DNA of 64,000 nucleotides from an uncultured Thermoactinomyces sp. (GTDB lineage Bacteria; Bacillota; Bacilli; Thermoactinomycetales; Thermoactinomycetaceae): assembly GCA_965544045.1 (NCBI GenBank), contig CBEULT010000007.1, positions 1 to 64,000 of the forward strand, read 5' to 3'. The notes beneath the pieces are model-generated. The model was not told the DNA's origin and did no database searches. It worked only from the letters and a program-made list of their open reading frames with translations. Shown here in pieces: positions 57,056 through 64,000 of the stretch; the stretch's first letter is position 1; every line of letters begins with the position of its first letter. The translations under genes and the position numbers were made by a program.

Positions 57056-57684
57056 GCAAGTTGGTAGAACGAGCCCAATCAATTGAATTAGCTGTGCAAA
57101 AAGCATGTATGGTTTTGGAGGTTTCTCCGGAAGAGATTCAGTATCAGGTGATCCAGCAGCCCAGGAAGGGGATTCTTGGGCTGTTTGGAAGGCGGGATGC
57201 GATTATCGAGGTTTCCGTCATGGAAAAGGAAAGCGCTGCGGACATGGTGCATTCTTTTTTACAAGGAGTTTTGGAGCGGATGAAAATACCATGCCATATC
57301 GAAACCGACTCGGGAACATCGGAAATCCGTTTTAATCTGAAAGGAGAGGAACTTGGCCCGTTGATCGGGAAGCAGGGGAGAACCCTGGATGCTCTCCAGA
57401 CTCTGGCGCAAACGGTGGTTTACCAAAAATACGGATTTGCCGCAAAAGTAACGGTTGATGCAGATGATTATCGCAAGCGCCGGGAAAAAATCATCAGGGA
57501 ACTTGCCAACAGAATGGGCGAAAAGGTTCGCAAGACAAAAAGGGAAGTAACACTTGCCCCCATGCCGGCCAGTGAACGGAAAATGGTTCACCAGTTCGTT
57601 CAGCAGGAGGAAGATCTGACAACCTACAGTGTTGGGAAAGAACCAAAACGATGTGTAGTCATCGCTCCAAAGGACAAACAATAA
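57052..57684 (+). CDS. jag: Jag/KhpB (KH + R3H RNA-binding protein)
   Basis: Jag_N, KH and R3H regions. Overlaps the yidC stop by 4 nt. Confidence 0.8.
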   Translation: MSKLVERAQSIELAVQKACMVLEVSPEEIQYQVIQQPRKGILGLFGRRDAIIEVSVMEKESAADMVHSFLQGVLERMKIPCHIETDSGTSEIRFNLKGEELGPLIGKQGRTLDALQTLAQTVVYQKYGFAAKVTVDADDYRKRREKIIRELANRMGEKVRKTKREVTLAPMPASERKMVHQFVQQEEDLTTYSVGKEPKRCVVIAPKDKQ

Positions 57685-57969
57685 ACAGGACCAATTGGAT
57701 GAACTCCCAGCATGGGGGTTTTTTATTTATCCTGTTCCAACCGTTGGCAAGAACCCGACATACAAGACCCGGCTTTCGACATTATGGTGAAAGCCTTGGT
57801 CACAGTAATATTTTAGCGAAAGGGCGAATGTTCTTGATGCCATTTTCAGTTAACCGGCAGATGGAGTTAAATCTCGATCTGCTGAATGAAAGTCTGCTTT
57901 ATAAATTTTGATGGGCAAATTTGACTATGCTAAGATTAATTATCAGGAAACATTTTGGAGAGTGAAAAG

Positions 57970-59346
57970 ATGGAGACAGATACAATCGCAGCGATCTCAA
58001 CACCAGTTGGTGAAGGTGGCATTTCGGTAATTCGGGTAAGCGGTCCGGATGCAATTCCGGTTGCTGACCGGATCTACCGAGGGAAAAATCTGTTAAAGGA
58101 TGTTCCCACACATACGGTTCATTATGGGCGTATTGTTGACCCGTCTTCAAATGAACAGGTTGATGAGGTATTGGTTACTGTCATGCGAAAGCCGCGCACG
58201 TTCACCAGAGAGGATGTGGTGGAAATCAGTTGTCATGGGGGAATCATTCCCGTCCAAAAAACGTTGGAACTTCTCCTTGCTCATGGAGCCCGCCTGGCGG
58301 AACCGGGAGAATTTACAAAGAGGGCTTTTCTGAATGGACGGATTGATCTGTCGCAGGCAGAAGCGGTCATGGATCTGATTCGGGCCAAAACAGACAGCGC
58401 TGCAAAGGTGGCCCTTTCCCAGCATGAAGGGAGACTGTCCCGTTTAATCCAACAGTTGCGGAATGATATTCTGGAGGTCCTTGCCCATTTGGCCGTTAAC
58501 GTTGATTATCCGGAGTATGATGCTGAACAGTTAACGGCGCAACTTTTGCGTGAACGATCCGAACATATTGCCCGCGAACTGGGGCAGTTACTGGAAACGG
58601 CCCGACAGGGCAAAATTTATCGTGAAGGCATCAAAACCGTGATTGTCGGAAGGCCCAATGTTGGCAAATCATCACTGATGAACGCTTTGACGCACGAAAA
58701 CAAGGCTATTGTAACAGAGATTCCGGGAACAACACGGGATGTGATTGAAGAATATGTGAATGTACGGGGAATTCCGCTTCATCTTTTGGATACGGCCGGC
58801 ATTCGCGAAACGGAAGACATTATTGAGCGTATTGGTGTAGAGCGGTCTCATCAGGCACTGGCCCAGGCTGATCTGGTCCTGTTATTGCTTAATTATGCCG
58901 AACCGCTTACTGATGCGGATCGCAATTTACTGTCTCTGGTTCTAAAGCACACATCGATCGTTATTGTCAATAAAACAGATTTGCCCCGCCGGATCGATCT
59001 GGAAGAGGTACACAACCTGATTGGCGAAATACCCCTGATAACAACTTCATTAAAAGAGGAAAAGGGCATCGGTCATCTGGAAGAAGCCATATCCCGCCTG
59101 TTTCAGTTGGGAAAAGTCGAGTTGTCGGATGGAACTTATGTCAGCAATGTTCGCCATATCCATTTGTTAAGAAAGGCGCTGGAAAGTGTCAGAGAAGTAA
59201 TCCGGGGAATTGATATGGGTGTGCCTCTGGATATGGTGGAGATTGATCTGAAAAATGCCTGGGAATCCCTTGGGGAAGTAATTGGTGAAGCTGTTTCAGA
59301 AGACTTGATCGACCACATTTTTTCACAATTTTGTCTGGGGAAATAA
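57970..59346 (+). CDS. mnmE: tRNA modification GTPase MnmE
   Basis: G domain [11 protein letters not shown]-terminal CxGK. GGAGAGTG RBS. Confidence 0.9.
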   Translation: METDTIAAISTPVGEGGISVIRVSGPDAIPVADRIYRGKNLLKDVPTHTVHYGRIVDPSSNEQVDEVLVTVMRKPRTFTREDVVEISCHGGIIPVQKTLELLLAHGARLAEPGEFTKRAFLNGRIDLSQAEAVMDLIRAKTDSAAKVALSQHEGRLSRLIQQLRNDILEVLAHLAVNVDYPEYDAEQLTAQLLRERSEHIARELGQLLETARQGKIYREGIKTVIVGRPNVGKSSLMNALTHENKAIVTEIPGTTRDVIEEYVNVRGIPLHLLDTAGIRETEDIIERIGVERSHQALAQADLVLLLLNYAEPLTDADRNLLSLVLKHTSIVIVNKTDLPRRIDLEEVHNLIGEIPLITTSLKEEKGIGHLEEAISRLFQLGKVELSDGTYVSNVRHIHLLRKALESVREVIRGIDMGVPLDMVEIDLKNAWESLGEVIGEAVSEDLIDHIFSQFCLGK

Positions 59347-59361
59347 TGAGAGGTGAAATGG

Positions 59362-61266
59362 ATGGAATATACGGCCGCAAAAGTAGACGTAATTGTTATT
59401 GGGGCAGGACATGCCGGATGTGAAGCTGCACTGTCAGCGGCACGGATGGGATGTTCCACGTTGCTGCTTACCTTGAGCCTGGATACTATTGCCTATATGC
59501 CTTGCAATCCTTCCATTGGAGGGCCGGCTAAAGGGCATGTTGTTCGCGAAATTGATGCCCTTGGTGGAGAGATAGGAAGAAATATAGACAAAACCCATAT
59601 CCAGATGAGAATGCTGAATACTGGCAAAGGACCAGCTGTTTATGCGTTGAGAGCGCAGGCGGACAAGGTTTCTTATCAGCAGGAAATGAAAAAAACATTG
59701 GAAACCACTCCAAATCTGGTTTTGCAACAGGCGATGGTCAAAAAACTGATTGTTGAAGACGGTGTTTGCAAGGGGGTTATTACCCGGACAGGAGCCAGGT
59801 ATTATTCTAAAACAGTTGTTGTGACGACAGGGACGTATTTGCGCGGAAAAATTATTATCGGGGATCTTGCCTACGAGAGCGGGCCCAACAACCAACAGCC
59901 ATCGGTTGATCTGGCTCATCATTTGATGGAACTTGGCTTTGAGATGGTCCGCTTTAAGACAGGTACCCCTCCGCGAATCAACAAGAATTCCATAGATACG
60001 GGTAAAATGACCATTCAGCCGGGAGACGACGAACCCCGAGCTTTTTCATTTGAAACTACCGAGTACAAAACGGATCAACTGCCTTGCTGGTTAACCTATA
60101 CCAATGCAAAAACCCACAGCTATATTCGGGATAATTTGCATCGTGCACCGCTTTATTCCGGCGCAATTGAAGGCACGGGCCCGCGATATTGCCCGTCAAT
60201 TGAAGACAAGATTGTCCGTTTTGCAGACAAAGGGCGGCATCAGATTTTTATTGAGCCCGAGGGACGGGATACGATGGAAATGTATGTCCAGGGGTTGTCT
60301 ACAAGTTTGCCGGAAGATGTCCAGTTGGAAATGCTGCAAACGGTGGAAGGGCTGGAAAATGCGGAGATGCTTCGGACAGGTTACGCTATCGAATATGATG
60401 CCATTGTCCCAACCCAACTGTGGCCTTCGCTTGAAACCAAGCTGGTAAAAAATCTGTTTACTGCCGGGCAACTGAACGGAACTTCGGGCTATGAGGAAGC
60501 AGCAGCCCAGGGAATCATGGCCGGAATTAACGCGGTACGCAAGGTACAGGGAAAGGAACCGGTTATTCTGGATCGTTCCAAAGCATATATCGGTGTTCTG
60601 ATTGATGACTTGGTGACTAAAGGAACAAATGAACCATATCGATTGCTTACATCCCGTGCGGAATACCGGTTGCTGCTCAGGCATGATAATGCTGATTTGC
60701 GTTTAACAGAGATAGGCTATGAGATTGGGTTGATTTCGGAAGAACGTTATCGGCGTTTTGCCCGAAAAAAAGAATTGATTGAAGAAGAAATAAAGCGCCT
60801 GCATGCCACAAAAATCAGGCCCAAACCGGAAGTACAGGCTCTTTTAAGAGAAATGGGAACATCGGAGATCAACAATGCCGTGGAACTGGCCAACCTGATC
60901 AAACGTCCGGAGCTGGGATATAAAGAGATCGCCAGTATGTCTCCGCCCCCGGAACCGCTTCCTCCCGATGTGGCCGAACAGGTAGAGATTCAGATGAAAT
61001 ATGAAGGTTATATCAAAAAAGCTCTTCAACAGGTTGAAAAATTGCAGCGCATGGAAAAGAAACGCATCCCGGATTGGATCGATTATGATAAAATTGCGGG
61101 CATTTCTTCCGAAGCCCGGGAAAAACTGAAAAAAGTAGAACCCATTTCACTTGCACAAGCATCCCGGATTTCTGGCGTCAATCCAGCCGATATATCCATT
61201 TTGATGGTTCATATTGAACAAGGCGGCATAGCCTATAAGATTGCCAATGAAAATGAGATGAGTTAA
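59362..61266 (+). CDS. mnmG: tRNA uridine 5-carboxymethylaminomethyl modification enzyme MnmG
   Basis: FAD site [11 protein letters not shown]. 630+ aa. Confidence 0.9.
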   Translation: MEYTAAKVDVIVIGAGHAGCEAALSAARMGCSTLLLTLSLDTIAYMPCNPSIGGPAKGHVVREIDALGGEIGRNIDKTHIQMRMLNTGKGPAVYALRAQADKVSYQQEMKKTLETTPNLVLQQAMVKKLIVEDGVCKGVITRTGARYYSKTVVVTTGTYLRGKIIIGDLAYESGPNNQQPSVDLAHHLMELGFEMVRFKTGTPPRINKNSIDTGKMTIQPGDDEPRAFSFETTEYKTDQLPCWLTYTNAKTHSYIRDNLHRAPLYSGAIEGTGPRYCPSIEDKIVRFADKGRHQIFIEPEGRDTMEMYVQGLSTSLPEDVQLEMLQTVEGLENAEMLRTGYAIEYDAIVPTQLWPSLETKLVKNLFTAGQLNGTSGYEEAAAQGIMAGINAVRKVQGKEPVILDRSKAYIGVLIDDLVTKGTNEPYRLLTSRAEYRLLLRHDNADLRLTEIGYEIGLISEERYRRFARKKELIEEEIKRLHATKIRPKPEVQALLREMGTSEINNAVELANLIKRPELGYKEIASMSPPPEPLPPDVAEQVEIQMKYEGYIKKALQQVEKLQRMEKKRIPDWIDYDKIAGISSEAREKLKKVEPISLAQASRISGVNPADISILMVHIEQGGIAYKIANENEMS

Positions 61267-61325
61267 AACTTGTTTAAATTCTGGTCTGAACCTGCTTCAG
61301 GCCTCTTTTAAGGAGGAAGAAGAAA

Positions 61326-62042
61326 ATGTGGGGGAGTTGGTTGCAAAAGGAAGCGGCCAGGGCGGGAATCTGTTTATCGGAAGAACAGCTTACCTTATTT
61401 GCCAGGTATTACAGGATTCTGACGGAAAAAAACAAAGTAATGAACTTGACTGCGATTACGGAAGAAAAGGAGGTATATATAAAACATTTCTATGATTCAT
61501 TAACGCTTGCCCGTGTTGTTGATCTTCACGCAACAGATTCCTGGATCGATGTGGGAACCGGGGCAGGATTCCCGGGCATTGCTGTGAAAATAGCATTTCC
61601 CCATTTGCGGCTGGTATTGTTGGATTCGTTAAAAAAAAGGGTCAACTTTTTGGAAGAAGTTGTTCGGGAACTTGGGTTGACACAGGTGGAATGTATACAC
61701 GGTCGGGCGGAAGACGTGGGAAGACACCAGAAGTATCGCCAGACTTTTGACTTGGCGACAGCCCGTGCGGTGGCCAGGTTAAATGTTCTGGCTGAATATT
61801 GTCTCCCTTTTGTCAAGGTTGGCGGAATTTTTGTCGCCATGAAAGGAAACGATGTATCTGAAGAAATGGAAGAAGCACGTCAGGCATTGAATATTCTTGG
61901 CCAAACAACCCTTGAAGTAACCTCGTTTGAGTTGCCGGAAAACAGGGGGGGCCGCAATCTTTTTCTGATGAAAAAGCGGAATCAGACTCCCAAAACTTAT
62001 CCCCGGAAAGCTGGAATCCCGGCTAAACAACCGCTATCCTGA
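61326..62042 (+). CDS. rsmG: 16S rRNA m7G527 methyltransferase RsmG
   Basis: …NLTAITEEKEVYIKHFYDSL…DVGTGAGFPG… SAM motif. Confidence 0.9.
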   Translation: MWGSWLQKEAARAGICLSEEQLTLFARYYRILTEKNKVMNLTAITEEKEVYIKHFYDSLTLARVVDLHATDSWIDVGTGAGFPGIAVKIAFPHLRLVLLDSLKKRVNFLEEVVRELGLTQVECIHGRAEDVGRHQKYRQTFDLATARAVARLNVLAEYCLPFVKVGGIFVAMKGNDVSEEMEEARQALNILGQTTLEVTSFELPENRGGRNLFLMKKRNQTPKTYPRKAGIPAKQPLS

Positions 62043-62060
62043 AAAGGAAGCAAATACAAA

Positions 62061-62106
62061 AAAGAAGCCGAACAGCTCTTTGTCCTGAGAGATTCGGCTT
62101 CTTTTG
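62061..62106. terminator. Bidirectional intrinsic terminator between convergent rsmG and the 477-aa gene (AAGAAGCCGAA…TTCGGCTTCTT flanked by A6/T4)
   Basis: Read directly. Confidence 0.6.
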
Positions 62107-63540
62107 TTAACCTAGATTATTGATCAAATTGTGCAATCCGCGCAAAGCAATTTTCCTCTTTTCAATTTTGTCTATTTCCTGGCGCTTTCGGTTGCTTTGG
62201 GAGTAAGGGGTCATGATTTCTTCCCACGAACTATAATCGCCGTAAGCATCTTCCAACTCGATTTCATCCCGCTTCAAACCGGTTTCCAAGCCGTCATTTT
62301 CTGTTTTTTTTAGTAGGGATTCGTTTTTTTTAGTGTTATTTGGTTCAGGACTGAACGGCTGCATACCGGGATGTCCACCTGGAAACAAAGAGTATTGGTT
62401 ATTCTCGGAGGAAGGTTCCTGGAACAGGGTATAATCTGGCATTTGTTGATTTTTTTCCTTGATCTCACGAGTTACCTTTTCAACAAGTGATTCACGCCTT
62501 TGCTTGAAACGGTTTTTTTTGGATGACCGTGCACGTCGGCGTGGAGAAAAAGGTTCCAGAGGGATCAGTTCATTTTGCTGATCTTTTTCGGGCTGCTGAT
62601 CGTATAGTGAATGGTATGAATAATTCTGCAAGTCAGCTTCCGGCTCAGGATATTCCTGTTTGGACCCGAAATCGTTTGGATAAAAGTCCGGAAAGGATTG
62701 TAACAAGTCATTGTTGGATGGATTATCGGTCTTTGAAGAAGAAAAACCGGTTTTATGACTGCCAGATGATTCATCCGGTTTGGAATCGACTACTTGCAAC
62801 CGTTGTTTTCCTGCAAGTTTTTTACGCAATTTGCGCTCCCGTTCCCGATACACCGGCTCCTGTTTTGTTTCTTTTTCCTCTTCATCGGGGAAAATCTTAT
62901 TTCCCGAGAAAGTTGAATTCCAATCTTTTTCCGGGTTAAATCCTGGTCCTTCTTCGTCTTCCAAATGGACTCGTTCCAACTGGTAAATGGGGTACTCATC
63001 GTTTGGTTCTTCTTGATCCTGGAAAGTAAGCTTTTGCTTGCGGCGCAGCGATTTTTTCCGAAAAGGGCTGCGCTCCCCAAAGAATGAAAATGGGGGTTGG
63101 GCGTATTCCACTTGTTGCGCTTCGATAATTTCCAGGTTGTCTTCATCCGAACCAGGTTGTTCATAAGACGATTCTTTATACAAGGAACCCATATCAAAAG
63201 AAGCTTCTTTCTGTTCGTGCGGCTGTTCCATTCTTCCCGGGTGTGTTTTTACTTGCAGCGTATATGTGTCTGTTTCCAGGGTTTCTGTATGTAATGTCTG
63301 TTTGTTTAGAATAATGTCCCCATCTTCTTGTTTAATGATATGCGTTTCCGTTTGCGAGGAGGGATCGCCTGCAGCGGACTGCCGGACGGCATGTTGACTG
63401 ATCAATGTTGCGATCATTTCCGGTTCTAGCTCGATGTAAAATGCTTTTTTCCCTTTCTCTCTGAGTGCTTCCACGGTTGCTTTCCCTGAGTTGCCCGTTC
63501 CGATGAGAATACAATCGAATTGGGATTCAAATTCTAACAT
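62107..63540 (-). CDS. 477-aa acidic, low-complexity protein whose first ~55 residues resemble the FtsZ N-terminus (MLEFE…ILIGTGNSGKATVEAL…); no tubulin signature
   Basis: Strong RBS AAGGAGGGAG 5 nt before the ATG. The rest is E/K/Q/P/S/D-rich with no GGGTGSG motif. Resemblance was judged by eye against the Bacillus FtsZ N-terminus. Confidence 0.5.
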   Translation of the reverse strand: MLEFESQFDCILIGTGNSGKATVEALREKGKKAFYIELEPEMIATLISQHAVRQSAAGDPSSQTETHIIKQEDGDIILNKQTLHTETLETDTYTLQVKTHPGRMEQPHEQKEASFDMGSLYKESSYEQPGSDEDNLEIIEAQQVEYAQPPFSFFGERSPFRKKSLRRKQKLTFQDQEEPNDEYPIYQLERVHLEDEEGPGFNPEKDWNSTFSGNKIFPDEEEKETKQEPVYRERERKLRKKLAGKQRLQVVDSKPDESSGSHKTGFSSSKTDNPSNNDLLQSFPDFYPNDFGSKQEYPEPEADLQNYSYHSLYDQQPEKDQQNELIPLEPFSPRRRARSSKKNRFKQRRESLVEKVTREIKEKNQQMPDYTLFQEPSSENNQYSLFPGGHPGMQPFSPEPNNTKKNESLLKKTENDGLETGLKRDEIELEDAYGDYSSWEEIMTPYSQSNRKRQEIDKIEKRKIALRGLHNLINNLG

Positions 63541-63722
63541 ATACTCTCCCTCCTTAAGACCTCAGTCACCTGAATCCCTCTCAACATTCTTTCTCAACTA
63601 TTATCTCTTTTTTTCGGGACAATAGCTACCATTATTTTCGGTTATTTGACAGATTTCCACAGGTGGGATAATTCATGAAAAGTTTTCCCCCAAGGAATCC
63701 CTTGGGGGACTTTTGCAAATGC

Positions 63723-64000
63723 TTATTTTTTCATTGATTTGCGTTTTTTATTGTTGTTATCTCCAAACTTGTCCGGAACGTTAAATTCCTGGTGAATGGA
63801 GGCTACCGCTTCAGCTTCTTTTGAAGGAACGGTGCGAGCCTTTGATTGGGCAAATTTGCACAACCCGAAACCATTGGCGAATTGCGCTTCAATTCCATAA
63901 TCTTCGGCAAAGATTAACTTATCGCCAAAGCGTTCGCGGTAATACGGTTTAAACGGAATGGAAGCACCGCCGGTAAGGATGATATAAGTAATGTCATCGC
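63723..64000 (-). CDS. Actin-fold ATPase, ParM/StbA-like C-terminus (partial; 5' end beyond window)
   Basis: C-terminal …IILTGGASIPFKPYYRERFGDKLIFAEDYGIEAQFANGFGLCKF… parallels the ParM C-terminus (LTGGGA…PY.K…F…Y.LVNGM.L). A 9-bp GC hairpin follows the stop. Confidence 0.45.
   Translation of the reverse strand, partial: DDITYIILTGGASIPFKPYYRERFGDKLIFAEDYGIEAQFANGFGLCKFAQSKARTVPSKEAEAVASIHQEFNVPDKFGDNNNKKRKSMKK

Noticed and set aside
63646-63675. TTGACA-N15-17-GATAAT promoter-like sequence and a TTTCCACAG near-DnaA box between the two terminal genes
   Set aside because: The box has 2 mismatches to TTATCCACA. The promoter-like match is on the plus strand, antisense to both genes. Noted, but the evidence is insufficient.

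Overview
This is a low-to-moderate GC Firmicute (Bacillaceae-like, spore-former) chromosome segment that ends in the replication-origin region in inverted orientation. From about 37.6 kb onward it follows the conserved Bacillus oriC neighbourhood. On the minus strand: serS with a T-box leader and tRNA-Ser, pdxT, pdxS, dacA, guaB, a secreted lipase, yaaC on the plus strand, gyrA, gyrB, remB/yaaB, recF, yaaA, dnaN and dnaA. On the plus strand: rpmH, rnpA, yidD, yidC/spoIIIJ, jag, mnmE, mnmG and rsmG. DnaA-box clusters lie upstream of dnaA and, with an AT-rich unwinding element, between dnaA and dnaN (bipartite oriC). There is no rrn operon between gyrA and yaaC. After rsmG, where noc-soj-spo0J would be expected, two minus-strand genes appear instead: a partial actin-fold ATPase with a ParM/StbA-like C-terminus, and a 477-aa acidic low-complexity protein whose first ~55 residues resemble the FtsZ N-terminus. 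The first 37 kb is accessory-like. It carries a PucR-regulated beta-alanine/beta-aminoisobutyrate catabolic cluster (permease, omega-aminotransferase, methylmalonate-semialdehyde dehydrogenase). A ~2.7-kb decayed integrative-element remnant sits at tRNA-Ser(CGA), with a partial tRNA direct repeat, an XRE repressor with TTGACGG operator repeats, an integrase C-terminal fragment and a homopolymer-frameshifted DUF218 gene. A degenerate LytS/GlnK-like two-component system follows, then tadA, a znuA-znuC-znuB-zur operon with a perfect Zur box, a DUF867/PghP-like gene, and TetR/ABC exporter genes. Two dps paralogues with near-identical 5' halves bracket a GC-rich, multiply disrupted PglZ-like (alkaline-phosphatase superfamily) pseudogene. 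Further on are tRNA-Arg(CCT), asnB, spo0M and an OmpR-type two-component system. Two 44-bp direct repeats, each with three tandem DnaA boxes, flank an orphan terminator. A further DnaA-box cluster lies upstream of guaB. No CRISPR array, rRNA gene or transposase was found.
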